From Eledone cirrhosa (Eukaryota), in the NCBI GenBank assembly GCA_964016885.1, contig OZ024751.1, forward strand, positions 17,360,001 to 17,424,000: a stretch of 64,000 nt of DNA, written 5' to 3'. The translations under genes were made by a program, and so were the position numbers. The notes beneath the pieces are model-generated. The model had not been told where the DNA came from, ran no database searches, and was given only the letters and a program-made list of their open reading frames with translations. Positions 12,031 to 27,112 of this stretch are shown piece after piece (position 1 is the first letter of the stretch; every line of letters starts with the position of its first letter).

Positions 12031-12432
12031 TGAACATGGATGGAGCATTGCCTAGGATAAACCGAGCGTCTCGACACTAATCCTTATCTATCACTTGCAC
12101 ATATCAGTCGATGCCAGCTTCTTGGCAGGTGTGCTTTGCACAGAAATCGCTGTCTGATATTACTTTGTATCTTGCATTTTATATAATAGATACATGTTTT
12201 CATATGCAATGCTGAGGTTGATGGAGCATGCTTCGTTTCCTACGTCAGTCAAGGCTCCATCATGCTCTTCATTGGAAGGCGTTTACGAAGCCCCAATAAT
12301 TTGTTTCGTTTTTTTTTTGCAAATAAGAAATATATCATAACCCTCCTTGCCCTTTCCTTGGTAAATTTGGTATCATCCGTGAAAGCGAGATGATAATGAC
12401 ATGCATTCGTTGGTATTATTAATATTGCTGTG

Positions 12433-13205
12433 AGGGCGGTGGATTGGCAGTATCGCTAGAGGCTCGGACGCTATCCTTGGCAGCCTAGGGTTACGGCCGT
12501 TTACTGTCTGAGTTGAAATCACACCGCGGTTAACTTTGCCTTACATCCTTACGGGATCGATAAAATAAAGAAATAATAATGCACTAGGATAATTGCTGGC
12601 CCTGTGCCTAAAGTAAAAATAACTAATTTTAGTATTTCAATGATATTTGTAACACACTTTAAAAGAATGGAACATGTATGGTATTATGTTGGTATATTCT
12701 CACATAAATGTAGGTATGTATGGACCCGTAATTGCCGATGTAGTCGTACTGGGGCGTCCTGATTCTAGGATGTTTAAAACCTAGAAGAGCCCAACCACTC
12801 TCCAGTTCGGACGCCAGGCTTTGCAGCATAGTGTTACAGCCCTTTATGATCTGAGTTCAAATCCCGCCGAGGTTAACTCTGCCTTTCATCCTTACTGGGT
12901 CGATAAAATAGCGTACCAGTCACGCACTGGTGTCGATTTAATTGACTGTCCCCTCCCGCCAAAAATTTTTTTTTGCTGGCCTTGTGCCTATATAAGTAAC
13001 CATTATTAATATAGTTCTGGTGAATTGGCAGTATCGGTAGAGAGTTGGACGCTATGCTTTCTAGCATAGTTACGTTTCTTTACGGTCTGAGTTCAAATCC
13101 CGTCGACGTTAACTTTTCCATTCATCCTTACGGGGTCGATAAAATAAAGTACCAGTAATGTACTGGTTTATTGCTGGCCTTGTGCCAAAATTAGAAACAA
13201 TTATT
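12433..13205 (+). mobile_element. Three SINE copies (12433-12625, 12806-13005 long form, 13017-13205)
   Basis: Each matches the SINE consensus. The last copy is flanked by the duplicated TTATTAATATAGTTCTG. Confidence 0.88.
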
Positions 13206-14141
13206 AATATAGTTCTGTTTAATAAACTATATTGTAATTTCCACTTGCAAAGTCATCATATATTATACTCTTAATTACAACGATTTGTTTTCAAGTAGAG
13301 GTAATTTTTTTTCTGTTTCATGTATTCTGAATATGCATCATTGCTTTTAAATATATATGTGAAGAGTGAATGTATATATTTTAACATTAAGGTTACTTAT
13401 ATATGATTCTCATATGTTACTGGTGACAGTATGGAGCCTCAGAAAAACTTTACGAATGACAACCATGCAGAAAATATAAACAAATAAATACATTATAACG
13501 AATGATTCTTCTGCGACTGGAATTACATTCTACCTGAATCTTTTCAGAAATACATTGTTGGTAAAACAAGCAAAAAAAAAAAAAAAAATGAAAATAACTT
13601 TACATTTGGCAATCCAAGGAAAAACCATTCATAGGCGAATTCTGTTCATCGCGTATTTAATTATTGATTTGGTATGGGAATCCTTTACATGACAGTAAAC
13701 ATGCTGTATTTCATAAACCATGAATGACAATGATATCGAAAAATAATATGGAACTAATGTATCATTTCAAATGATGGGTAGATGCTGGCATCAATTTCAT
13801 CCGACCGCAATTTTAATCTAAAAAGATATATATGCAATTATCAACATATTGAAATAAGGAACTAATATGTCTGCATTGCAAATGGAATGTTTCTCCCAAA
13901 CTTGTTGTTTAGGATGGATAAATATGCAATGCATATTAAGACATATTAAAAAGAAAACTACATGTTTGATAAAGCATAGAGGATATGCTTTGGGTACACG
14001 ACAATTATGATATAGCATACTGTGTTTGCAATATAAAGATGGGAAATAATAAACGTAGTGAAGTAGTATATGTAGCCAAGGAAGAGAGATAGATGATCCT
14101 TAGTGAAGTTAAAGGATGCAGTGATGTTTAGCAGAAACTCT

Positions 14142-14333
14142 AATAATTGTTTCTACTTTTGGCACAAGGCCAGCAATTATTCCAGTGTATTACTGGTACT
14201 TTATTTTATCGACCCCGTAAGGATGAAAGGCAAAGTGAACTTGGGCGGGATTTGAACTCAGAATGGCAAGAGGCCGTAACTCTGTGTCAAAGCATGGTGT
14301 CCGACCCTCTACCGATACTGCCAATCCATTCGC
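14142..14333 (-). mobile_element. Full-length SINE
   Basis: Reverse complement of the SINE consensus. It accounts for the N-terminal part of ORF 14147-14905. Confidence 0.88.
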
Positions 14334-14351
14334 CATATGTATTTATATTTA

Positions 14352-14424
<73 letters not shown>

Positions 14425-14504
14425 GCGTGTGTGTATATGTATGTATAATATGTATGTATGTGTGTATATGTGTGCATGTATCTATCTATCTATATATCTA
14501 TCGA

Positions 14505-15535
14505 TGGGCGCCTGGCACATTGAATGCGCCCAGGCGCTCACAGTCCTCTGTCAAGAGGGCACAGCAATCAGTGGAGACTCGACTTCGACATTCTATAGAG
14601 GGTTAGTACTTTACAACTGCGACGACGTGCTCGGGAAGATTCTAGGCATCGAAGACGATGAGCTCACCAGTCTGTTCGGTAGGACTTTTCGCCCGGGACC
14701 TATGGACACTTCCAGAGGTCCCTGGCCTGGCAGTGCTACCGAGGAGCTCTACCGGTTCAAGATAAGACCTACAGGCACGGACGCCTCGGCAGGGATCCTT
14801 CCAAGAGGCAGGGATCCTTCCAAGAGGCCGTGTCCAAGATGCGAGCAGGACATTGAAACCGTCTTGCACGCAATTGTACACTGCCCGGGCGTAAGCGACC
14901 TGTAGAACTATGCAGAACAACTTCTGTCGCTTATGGGACAAATCCAGTTGACTGCCGAGTTCATAGTAAGTATCAAACCGCCATCCTCTTTCAGAAACGA
15001 AAGAGAGGTGGTTTTCCTCTGTACAGTGGCTATGGTGAAAGAGATTATATGGTGGACGAGATTGAGAGGACTGAGGACAGATGCCTCTCCCTCCGGACAA
15101 CAATTGATTCCCTTTTTTAAGTATCACTTTAGAAGAAGAATCAGAGTGGAGAGAGAGGCACTGCACCCCAGTAAATTTACTGAAAGGTGGGTGAACGTGG
15201 CAAAAATGGCCCAAGTGATTGGGCCTTCTCTGTTTATAAGCCTGTAGGTTAAAGAAGAGAGCAAAAGGAAGAAGGGAGCACTTGCACAACCCGCTCCTGA
15301 AGTTGAGGGTTGTTTCATCAACGGGGTATTAAACAACCCATTTGTGGCGTCTCCCTCCTAATGGGGATTTCGATTGTTATAATTGTTTGTTTGTTCGTTT
15401 TATATTTTTTTTACACGACTGTATGTAAAATCCCCGGCATGTATTTCTTTATTTGCCACAAGGGCGCACAAGAAAAGGGGACAATACAAAGGTATTGTCC
15501 CCTTTTCTTGTGCGCCCTTGTGGCAAATAAAGAAA

Positions 15536-15536
<1 letters not shown>
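14505..15536 (+). mobile_element. 3' fragment of an L1/Tx1-like non-LTR retrotransposon
   Basis: CPRCEQDIETVLHAIVHCP is a CCHC zf-RVT-like motif. It continues past a stop into ...VVFLCTVAMVKEIIWWTRL...VEREALHPSKFTERW, followed by a 3' UTR ending AATAAAGAAA next to (CT)n(TA)n. Confidence 0.75.
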
Positions 15537-15591
<55 letters not shown>

Positions 15592-15593
<2 letters not shown>

Positions 15594-15760
15594 ATAAGAG
15601 TCAGGCCGTTTCGACAGCTTGATCCGAATGCTAGCTCAGATCTAGATGTCGAAACGGCCGGAGCTCAGCCGTCGGGGTCCTGACTCTTTTCCAACTCTAC
15701 TACCCTAAATATCGAGTACTCTGGTGCGTTATGGTCCACCTGGTTTTTTACTACACTTTC
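15592..15760 (+). mobile_element. Fold-back pLTR fragment of the TA-embedded family also at 6042, 7340, 41800, 42890, 46150 and 48081
   Basis: GGCCGTTTCGACA...TGTCGAAACGGCC hairpin followed by the shared GAGCTC(A/T)GCCGTCGGG.TC.TGA...ACTCTACTACCC.AA.TATCGAGTACT. Confidence 0.65.
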
Positions 15761-15765
15761 TTTGT

Positions 15766-15812
<47 letters not shown>

Positions 15813-16280
15813 CCGTCTACATTTACGCTCTCAAACATACACAAAATTACACATTGTGTATTTCTAATGTAAGTCAATGTACATTTCTCATTGTAATGAC
15901 AAGTTGCTGTAAAGCCTTAATGTACCACAACGCAAATTCCCCAGTTTCCATATTTCATATATATACCTTTATTCTTGTATATATGGCACATAAATTCTGG
16001 ATTCAAAGAATGAAATACCTTTAATGCTATTGCACTCATTATTCGCCACACTGTTTAACTAGTTCGTAATATATCTCTAAATTTCAAACGTAAATGATTT
16101 AGTTTTCATGTATATTCGTTAATGGTTAACTATCTCTTTTTTCGAGCGTTCAGGCGCGTAAGCACGAATCTGCTTCTAGATTTATAAGACGTTTAACGAT
16201 TTAGAATACAAGTCTCACCCTGCCACTACAATGTTATCTCCTAATAAGCTACTCTTGATCATTTTTGTCAGCTTCTAAAC

Positions 16281-16562
16281 CAGGCAGGGGAAACCGGGCT
16301 GCATGAGATATGGCTCATTATCAGGTGGGCCGCAAGCGCTCCTTTACATTCGTGCCCACATAAAAAAAAAAAATGGTGGTAACTCAGGTCGTTTGGATTT
16401 GTTTCTTCAGAATTCGTACACGTTGTTTTCCTCGATCGCAAAAATGATAGAAAGATAAATTATTACTGAAAAGTTAGAGTAAAAAAAATCAGAAATATTT
16501 CACTTAGGTGACTGAGGTGAGACATTCAGAAAGTTTCGTGGGCCGCAGGTTGCCCATGACTG
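16281..16562. mobile_element. hAT-type MITE
   Basis: Imperfect TIRs CAGGCAGGGGAAACC / GGTTGCCCATGACTG and an 8-bp TSD TTCTAAAC/TTCTAAAT. Confidence 0.7.
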
Positions 16563-18072
16563 TTCTAAATGGACAAGAACAAAGTGATGGTTTTATGCGT
16601 TTTGCACTAGAGCATAACGATCAAATGGTGATGGTTTGAAATCACGATCGTAAGTCCAACATTAAAGCCACTATGTCACACATATTTATGTCCCCACGAG
16701 GTTAGCGTTGCCTTTCATCCTTACGGGGTTGATAAAATAAAGGACGAGTAACACACTGGGCTCGATTTAATTGATTTTACCCTACCCCAAAATTGTTAGC
16801 TTTGAGCTTAAATCCGAACCAATTTTTAGTTGTAAATCCTGCTGATGTTAACTTTGGCTTTTATCATTCCGGGTTCAATAAAATACAGTACAGCTAAATC
16901 ACTAGAATCAATTTAATCGACGTCCCACTCCCTCAATTCATTGGCCTTGAGCTTATATTAGAAATCATTATCATTATCTATAACATGAGAGGGTTGTAGA
17001 TAGGCTGAATCGGTAGAGCATCGGATAAAATACCATTGTGGTATTTGTTCAGGTTCTTTATATTCCAACTGCAAATATAGACAAGTTCAAAATGGACTTT
17101 CATTCGTCCGGGGTCGATAAAATAAAATGTTTGTCATGTATTTAATCAAATTTGCTATTCCCCAAAATTTGTTACATCTTGTATGTATGATCCCTTAACT
17201 CCTGGTAGTTGTACGGGCGCCGTATTGTGTTTCATAGGCATTTTCGTAACTCTGGCAGAGCCCATCCCTCTCCAGGCCTGAGTACAGTAGATTTCTTCCT
17301 GAGAAAGATAAAAAAAGTCAGAGAGAGAGGGGGGGGGGGATAAGTAATATAGAGGAATAATCGACCTGCTACTATTTTATCAATAGAGGACAGTGAAAGT
17401 TGACCTCGGCGGGATTTGAAATAGAGAGCTGGAACTAATGCCATAAAGCATTCTACCCGACGTTCTACCGACTCTGCCAATTTGCCGCCTATGCTACATT
17501 TTGTACATACATACAATTCAGTATATATACGACTTTATGGCCATATGTTTCACTATTTCATATATTTATAAAATTCCTGTTTTCATTTCGTCTTCTGCTT
17601 CTCGGTGTAAATTCTATAAATATATAATGCTACACATCTTTTTATAGACATTTCCTAGATAGTTTTTAAATTATCTGCAAGATGTATTTCGCCCTGCTAT
17701 ATTCCTTGCATGAATGAGTTAATCCATTCTATATGATTCATGTGATTCTTCTATTCTTCCTATCTTTGTTCATTTCGTCTATTTGGCATATTCCGTTGTA
17801 AGCAAATCCTTCTATAGTTAATGTTGAAGAATTTCGTTGCAAGGGAGTTCACTAAAATTCCAATAAAATGGCAACTTTTTCAGAGAAATAGGATATTCAA
17901 TGATATTGTTGTACAAAACACCAGATAAAATTGTTTTTTATGGTCAGCAAGGGAAATAAATGAATGGACAGGACTTATGTAAAGCAGAAGAAAATGAGTT
18001 GAGTGAGAGTAAGAAGGAAACGGTGGGGTAAGGTGGTGGGAGTGGTGGAGAAGCATGAACAAAGAAGATAAA

Positions 18073-18851
18073 ACTACTACTGCTACTACTAATATAACTA
18101 CTGCTACTACTGCTCTGTTACTACTACTACTGCTGCTGCTACTACTACTATAATTATTGCTGCTGCTGCGGCTACTACTACTATTACTACTGCTACTATT
18201 ATAACTACTGCTACAACTAGTGTTACCTCAGCTACATCTGCTACTACTGCTGCTGCTGCTGCTGTTGCTACTACTACTACTACTGGTACTGCTGCTGCTA
18301 CTACTACTACTACTACTGTTACTGCTGCTGCTGCTACTACCACTGCTACTGCTACTACTGCTACTATTGCTACTACTACTACTACTGCTACTGCTATTAC
18401 AACTACTACTACTACTATTGTTACTACTAGTTCTAATACTGTTGCTGCTACTACCACTGCTACTGCTACTATTGCTACTATTGATACTACTACTACTGCT
18501 ACTGCTATTACAACTACTACTACTACTATTGTTACTACTAGTTCTAATACTGTTGCTGCTACTGCGACTGCTCTGCTACTGCTGTTCTTACTACTATAAC
18601 TACTGCTACTGCCGCTGCTGCTGCTATTGCTACTGCTGTTACTATTACAACTACTATTACTACTGCTACAACTAATTCTACTAGTACTTCTACTACTACG
18701 ACCACTACTACTACTACTACTGCTACTATTATTTCCATTACTACTGCTGCCACTAATACTACTATTACTACTACTACAACAGCAACTATTACTACTGCTG
18801 CTCTTCTTATTTCTATTACTACTACTGCTGCTACTAATACAACTAATGCGG

Positions 18852-18899
<48 letters not shown>

Positions 18900-19293
18900 G
18901 TAATACTACTACTACTACTACTAGTAATACTACTACTATTACTACTACTGCTAATGCTACTACTACTGTTACTGTTGTTACTACTATTACTATTATAGTA
19001 CTATCGCTGCTGTTGCTACTACTGCTGCTGCTGCTTCTACTACTACTGCTGCCCATTACTACTTTTATTACAACTACTGGTAGTTCTAATACTGCTGCTG
19101 ATACTACTACTACTACTACTACTACTACTGCTACTACTACTAGTAATACTACTACTATTACTACTACTGCTAATGCTACTACTACTGCTACTACTATAAC
19201 TACTAGAACTATCGCTGCTGTTGCTACTACTGATGCTGATGCTTCTACTACTACTTTTGCCCATTACTACTGTTATTACAACTACTGGTAGTT

Positions 19294-19355
<62 letters not shown>
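18073..19355. repeat. Degenerate (ACT/GCT/ATT)n trinucleotide microsatellite, ~1.3 kb
   Basis: Direct inspection. The reading phase shifts several times. Confidence 0.95.
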
Positions 19356-19356
<1 letters not shown>

Positions 19357-19826
19357 AAACAATGACAACATCAACAACAACGACATATAAAACTATGAGC
19401 AATACACGAAGCATGACAGAAAGTGGTGAGAAGATATAAAATATGAATGGCGGATATTTGTGAAGATGATTATAAGAGAATGTTCTGTGTGAGATGTTTG
19501 TGAAGTAGAACAGATATTGAATTTACTGCTGGAAAATAATCTTCGGCATCATATCATCAATTGTGTTGTAACATCATTTATCTGATAGCGATCATCATCA
19601 CCACCATCGTTTATTCCCATACAAAATGCCATGGGCTAAATATCTAACTTTCAGTACTCTCACTCCACACACATGTACATATCGTGAGCATAAGCACAAT
19701 AATAATAATACACCTGCATGCATATCTACACAAAGGCAGATGCACAGAAACACCTCAGATACACACGCATGTACATATCGGTGGACATACACACAGCAAG
19801 AAATGCCCCCGCATATACATCTATAG

Positions 19827-20024
<198 letters not shown>

Positions 20025-20030
20025 TTTTTA

Positions 20031-20037
<7 letters not shown>

Positions 20038-20073
<36 letters not shown>

Positions 20074-20124
20074 TATATAATATATATATAATATATATAT
20101 ATTATATATATATATATAATATAT

Positions 20125-20222
<98 letters not shown>

Positions 20223-20258
20223 TATATTATATATATATATATTATATATATATATATG

Positions 20259-20302
<44 letters not shown>

Positions 20303-20338
20303 TATATTATATATATATATATTATATATATATATATG

Positions 20339-20403
<65 letters not shown>

Positions 20404-20463
20404 ATATAATATATATATATATAATATATATATATATAATATATATATATATATATAATATAT

Positions 20464-20533
<70 letters not shown>
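20038..20533. repeat. Long interrupted (TA)n microsatellite
   Basis: About 500 bp of TA with phase shifts. Confidence 0.95.
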
Positions 20534-20536
<3 letters not shown>

Positions 20537-21847
20537 CAAACACATCTACGCCCAACAATTCATTTAAAACACTTTAACGCATTACTATACAAGGAATGCC
20601 ATTTGAATGGTGCGGCACTATGATGTCACACCCACACACATTTTCTTTTTGAACTGAACCACTCACTACGCAATTACCTCCCTTAATAATCCCTCTCCTA
20701 ACTGTGAAACCCAATTTTGTTTCGCCGTAAACTTTTCAAATGTTATTCGTTTCAAACCATTCCACATTAACCACACATTTCGTTACACGGAAATTTTGCT
20801 CGTTCTTTCTTTTTTTCATCCTTTCTGCTTTTCGTTCTGTCTCTCTTTCTTTATTTCGCTCTTTCTTTTTACATTAATTCTGAGGAGAATGAACACCCAC
20901 GAAATGTAGGATACTCTTATTTCCTTTTTCCCTTTCAGCGTTACACTGATGTGATAAACACTTTGTAAATTTTGTTTTCTTTTTCTATTGTTAGTTTGCT
21001 CTGCTTATGAGATCATTTTAAGATATCTTAAAATGATCTCATACAACCTTTCACGCGCAGGTATTATCACACGCAACTAAATATACACACATGCATATAT
21101 CCATGTACCTATTTATATACATACATAAATATGTATATATGTGTGTGTGTGTTGTGTGTGTGGTGATTCTGTTGACGAAATACCGCCGGTATTGCTTCAA
21201 AGCAACCATAAATACACATCACTCTGCCCGTCTATAGACACTTCTCTCAACCATATATATGTGTGTGTGTGTGTATGTGTGTGTGTGTGTGTGTGCATGT
21301 ATGTGTGTGTGTATGTGTGTGTGTGTGTGTGTGTATGGGTGTGTGTGTGTGTGTGTATATATATATTCATATATATATATATAATGAAATGTTTCTATAA
21401 ATGCTCGAAATGATAATTTACTTTCGTAAACATGAAAAAATAATTGATCCAAAAATGCTCCACGAATATCTTCATCAATTTTACACAATTTTCTTATAAT
21501 CTTATTTAAGAACGTGAAAGAAGTGTTCACTTTTAAATGTACTTGGTAAAGGCAATGTTAATAATGCATTTTCCACGTTTATTCGCATTTTAGTTTCACT
21601 TCAGTTTATTTTATATATTTTCGTTATTTAATGAAGTAAAAGTAATGAAAATTCTTTCAAAATAGAAGGAAAAGAATTTGTAGATTCATATGGAGCGAAG
21701 TGTCAGTGAGGACTGACGTGATAGTATGATGTTATAATATTTAAAGAAAAAAAATATCATGTTCATGTAATGAGTAACTTCTTTTTGTCTTGTAGGTTTT
21801 TAACTTTTCATACATTGCATGTGTAGTTCTGAATATATATATATATA

Positions 21848-22520
21848 CTAGCCGAATTACCCGCGCCTTGCTGCGTTTCACCTATTTTTTATTTTTTGTA
21901 AGAAAATCAATGATATAATTTATGGAGAAAAACTCTGCATTTCAATGTAAAATAAAATGCATGAAAAATTGGAAAACCTTATTTTTGCAATATATCAAAT
22001 CAAAATTATATTTTAAAATCTTATTCTTATTTTGTTTCTTGTAAATAATTTTTTTTAAAATATCAATTCAAATCTTTTGTGAATAGGCATCATATCTTGT
22101 CATTTAGCTACGGTTTAAATTTCATAAAAATCGAAAGGAAAGAATTTTCAGCGGGGGTTTGTGCCCCCGGGGAACACTAGTAGGGAGTTTAACCCCTATT
22201 ACGGTGTCTTAATATTATTGAAATTTGCTGAAATTTTGTGAATAGGCATCATATCTTGTCATTTACCTATGGTTTAAATTTTATATAAATCGAAGGAATT
22301 TTCAGCGGAGGTTTCTGCCCCCACGGAACCCTTTGATTAAAATGAAATATACTTATTCAAGTATATTTCAAGTGATATACTTATCACCGTTAGGTGAAAC
22401 GCGCGTCCCCGAGTATAGATTTCTAATTCGTTGTGAAACTAACTCTATACAAAACTCGTCCTATGGACGGAGTGCTCTACTTACTATGGATATAACCTCC
22501 CGTTTATTTACCATTATATA
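21848..22520 (+). mobile_element. Non-autonomous Helitron/Helentron-like element
   Basis: Starts ACTAGCCGAATTACCCGCGCCTTGCTGCG, has an internal duplication (TTTTGTGAATAGGCATCATATCTTGTCATTTA...AATTTTCAGCGG x2), and both ends lie in TA tracts. Confidence 0.6.
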
Positions 22521-22669
22521 TATATATATGAATGTATGTATAATATATGTGGCAATATACTGTATGTTTAATTAAAAACATTTAAAGGATTGTAAATAAA
22601 ACGAGTAAATCAGACAAAGTTGGAATTCCTTTTATTAATATAATCTTCTATACACAATCATACACTCCC

Positions 22670-22723
<54 letters not shown>

Positions 22724-22774
22724 ATAATAATAAAATTGAAGACTAAAATCCAAAGAGGGCTCGATAAGCTTGTT

Positions 22775-22825
22775 AGTTTCAGAAGATCCCGTTAAGGGTG
22801 AAAGCAGCGATTCTTTGCTTAAACT
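22775..22825 (+). ncRNA. Hammerhead-like motif with variant core (CAGAAGA)
   Basis: AGTTT-CAGAAGA-TCCC(GTTAA)GGGT-GAAA-GCA...TGC-TT-AAACT. A homologue is at 45017-45056 on the minus strand. Confidence 0.55.
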
Positions 22826-22841
22826 TTAATCTGTTATTTTA

Positions 22842-22922
<81 letters not shown>

Positions 22923-24099
22923 TTCGTATATATATATTTTATATATATATATATATACGTTATTCCGGGTTGAATCGGAGGTAACCACAATATATATATA
23001 TATATATATTGTTATACTTTGGGAGGGACATGTTGCCAATAAGAAACAGACTGTCTGTATGACTGACCGATCTAAATATTTATTGGTTTGAACAATTCCA
23101 TCGATAAAAACATGGAAATATGACATATAGGAAATACATTGTGTGCAGGTGTGTGAGTATAAATGTTTAATAGTTACAACCGCTTATGGTTAGAATTGAA
23201 CTGCGTGTTTTCTTCAAATAATCTATATCACACTTCATACTAACTAACGGTTTAGGGAAATTTACGATATAACGAGCTTCTTGACGTTCATATACTTTAA
23301 ATATATTTTGGTATGCCTATTTTTAATTTTTTCCTTTATTTTTTGTTATGTTATGCGTATGTCGTGTATCTATAATTCTTTTCATAGTTCGTTTTTTTTT
23401 TTTCGTTGATGATGATTTAATTAAGAACTTAGATATATTTTTTGAATTCAGTTTTCATCCAAGTAAACAGAAACCTAAGGCTATATATATAAAGTAATCG
23501 ATACAAGCAGACAAGCTAACGGAGTGTTACATAAATTATATAAAATTTGCTGACTACGACAAAATTATTTTTGTCCTCGAACGTAGACTCATTCAAAACT
23601 GTTATTTTATTGTCAATTCTCTTTACGTATATAGAGTTCTTTTTGGTTAAATTATTTTATGAGAGCAATCTTTAAATAATACTAATAGTAGTTTAAAATG
23701 TATGACTAGTGTTAAATAACAATACGATAATTATTTATAATTTCTAAAGAATTATGTATGCATCTAATTTTATTTCAGAAGCGTTGTTAGATATTCAGTT
23801 TTCTGTGTTAATTTTATATTCCCAACTACTATATATTAATGTTATTACATTTGATTTCTTCGGTGGGTGATAGAGATGATTTCGTAGTTAACATTCTTAG
23901 CAAATAATTGTTTAGAAAGATCCAAATTTAATATTTGCAGTCGTATTTGCACTTATCATGTTTCAAACTAACTATATATATGTATGTGTGTGTGTGTGTG
24001 TGACAGCTCGCACCTATGCAGGTTTAGCTGGCCTCCTCTAAGTTATATCTCGTTGGAGGTGTCTTAGCTGAATTAATACGAGGGACTCCAGTCCTATCA

Positions 24100-24202
24100 T
24101 CTCATTTCTACAGCTGAGTAAACTGGAGCAACGTGAAATAAATTGTCTTGGACAAGGAAACAACACGTCATCCAATGCTCTAACCACTAAGCCATGCGCC
24201 TT
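24100..24202 (-). mobile_element. CORE-type SINE remnant (OR2-like)
   Basis: Minus strand AGGCGCATGGCTTAGTGGTTAGAGC head, then GTGTTGTTTCCTTGTCCAAGACAATTTATTTCACGTTGCTCCAG (CORE-like). Related copies are near 56730-56800 and 57870-58050. Confidence 0.6.
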
Positions 24203-24230
24203 CATATATATATATAAGGGGTTGATAAGG

Positions 24231-24314
<84 letters not shown>

Positions 24315-24350
24315 TGTACTGGATATATGTATATATTTATTGATTGATTG

Positions 24351-24433
<83 letters not shown>

Positions 24434-25106
24434 GATAAATCTACCAAGAGTTTACGGTAGTGTCCAATCCGTATGAAGAACTCAATGTAGTCCGGATATC
24501 ATGGAAAGAAGAGATGCAATGAAAAATCACTTTCGGTGAAAGATAAACGGAATACAGAGTCAAGATAAAATATTAAAAAAATAATGAATAAAACAATGAA
24601 ACAGTTCCTTATATTAAACAAAAAAAGTTCATTATTTAACGATCGTTTCTAGGATATATATGTGTTAGAATTGGCATGCATATTCAACAGATCTATGTAC
24701 AAAATTATACAAAATTATACAAACTATCAAGATTAAATATACATACCAAACACACATATATGCCGTCTTCTTTAAATATATATATATATTTAAACATACA
24801 TTATATTAGCAAATATACTATACGTACATTCATAGATACATCGCTATTTCAGAGCACCGATACTAATTCTTAACATTTGCTGGATCGGCAACAGCACTAT
24901 TTAATCATTTCTTAAACAGCACTGGAGTTCTATAAGAATCCATCTCCTATAGTTCTCGGCAGAAGCGAAGGGATATGTAACCTTGAGAACCGGTAACGAG
25001 AGAGAAACAGCCATCGATTGCTTCCCTTTGCTTTTGCCGAGACCAAGTAAATGACGTAGACACTACTTTAAAACTCATAGCGAATGGTCTATACGTACAC
25101 ACACAG

Positions 25107-25218
<112 letters not shown>

Positions 25219-25227
25219 ATATATATT

Positions 25228-25264
<37 letters not shown>

Positions 25265-26330
25265 ATATACATATATATATGTATATGATACACAATATGT
25301 TATGGTTAGATTTCATTGCATGAAACCATGCAATAACTGTATGTCTACTAAAATCTTGATAACATTTTATTGAATATTTTCATTGCATTACTGAACACGA
25401 TATTAAGTCTTGCTGCTTCCATTTATATTTACCTCTTATATTGAAACGACTGCATAATGTGTACAATTCTGTGCAGGGAGATTGTTTATATAGATGTTAT
25501 ATATAATTGTATTTCATGCAGTCTGCTTTATGTATCTTTCTGAATATTTTTTAATCATTTGTTATGCTTCTATATCGTGGTTATCTATATTTCGTTATAT
25601 TTTGACATTTTATACATTAACTCTAGAAATATATATATTGCTGTCCTTTAGTACTGTTATTTCAATTAAGCACTATATTACTAGCGTTCTTTGGCAGTAA
25701 TATCTGGAAATATTATTTTAGTTATCTTTACTTGTGTATTGATATCTTACACTATATTGTCACTTTGTCCTTCTGTGAAATAAATTTCTGTTGTATGTTT
25801 TTATCAACTAAAAAGCAGTTGCGCGTATTTTACAATTTTCGCATTATTTCTAATATATGAACGCTTCATTAAAGCTGTCAAGACAGAAAACATATTGGCC
25901 TTTCGCAAAGGCAGCTCAAACAAACGCAACGTAATTGGTCTTTCATGCAGTCCTTTCATATAAAAACCATTTTCGTTTTGTATTTTGCTCTGTTTGGATT
26001 TTTACTTTTCACTGCCAGAGAAATGTCATTGGTATCTTGCTTAAAATTTCCCCGTGGAGTCGTGTGTGCAATACCAGAATTGGCAGGCCATTACGCCCCG
26101 AGTTTCAGTAGAAAAGAAAGGTTTGTTGCCTACGCCACCGAATTGGTTAGAATATATTTTACAGCAGCTTGATATTTGACATATTAATATATAGGAAAAG
26201 GGGCAATTATATGAATCTTGCATTTCTGAAAAATTTACAGGCTAGACTATTTGAATCAGCAGAAATCTGTATGGCTTTTATTTCATCTATATTTTTACAT
26301 TTTATTTATTATTAATATTTTCTTTTTCAG

Positions 26331-26352
26331 AAATATGAAATATATGAATGAG
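26331..26352 (+). other. Candidate 22-nt micro-exon
   Basis: Long polypyrimidine tract ...ttttctttttcag|AAATATGAAATATATGAATGAG|gtaaca. Open only in one frame (NMKYMNE). Confidence 0.3.
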
Positions 26353-26714
26353 GTAACAAGCAACAACATCATATGTCTATAGAGACATCGTACCTCCGTC
26401 TATTTCTTGTTAATCAATATTTACAATCTGACTATAACTATTATAGAGCTTCAGGCTTTTTCACTCTAATATTCAATTATAGATGTAATATCTAGTTTTC
26501 AAATGCTTTCGAAGTCTCTAAGGTCACAGTAACTATAACATATAAAGTGATGGTGTTAAATAGTGAAAAACAAAAAAAACTAAAATTTTTTTCATAATAG
26601 AAAAATAAAAATAAAATTCATGAACCGTGTGAATCTAACTTTTCTGTGGAATTAATGAAATTAAAAGTTTTGTTGCGGGAAAACATTCAAAGCTTCTACA
26701 AAGAATCCAGTTAT

Positions 26715-27112
26715 ATAATTGTTTCTTTTTGGGACACAAGGCCAGCAATTACCCACATGTATTACTGGTACTTTATTTTATCGACCCCGTAAGGATAAAA
26801 GGCAAAGTTAAGCTCGGCGGGAGTTAAACACAGGATGTAAAGGACCATAACTCTATGCTGAAAAGCATGGTGTCCCACCAACCTCCGATACTACCAATCC
26901 ACCTTTTATATAACTGTTGGACGTGTTTATTTCATTACAGCTACAAGGAAATTTTCTTAATTAATTGTTTCTACTTTTAGCACAAGGCCAGAAATTAACC
27001 AGTACATTACTGGTATTTTATTTTATCGACCCGTATTGATTTGAACTCAGACCGTAAAGGACCACAACTTTATGCTGCAAAGTATGGTTGCCCGATAATA
27101 CCAATCCACCAC
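26715..27112 (-). mobile_element. Two diverged SINE copies with duplicated ~65-bp flank
   Basis: SINE consensus on the minus strand. ACGTGTTTATTTCATTACAGCTACAAGGAA..TTCTTAATTAAT is repeated after each copy. Confidence 0.8.

Noticed and set aside
18073-19439. Thr-rich mucin-like exon
   Set aside because: Repeated phase shifts and no acceptor. The weak donor near 19424 is insufficient. This is a typical (CTA)n tract.
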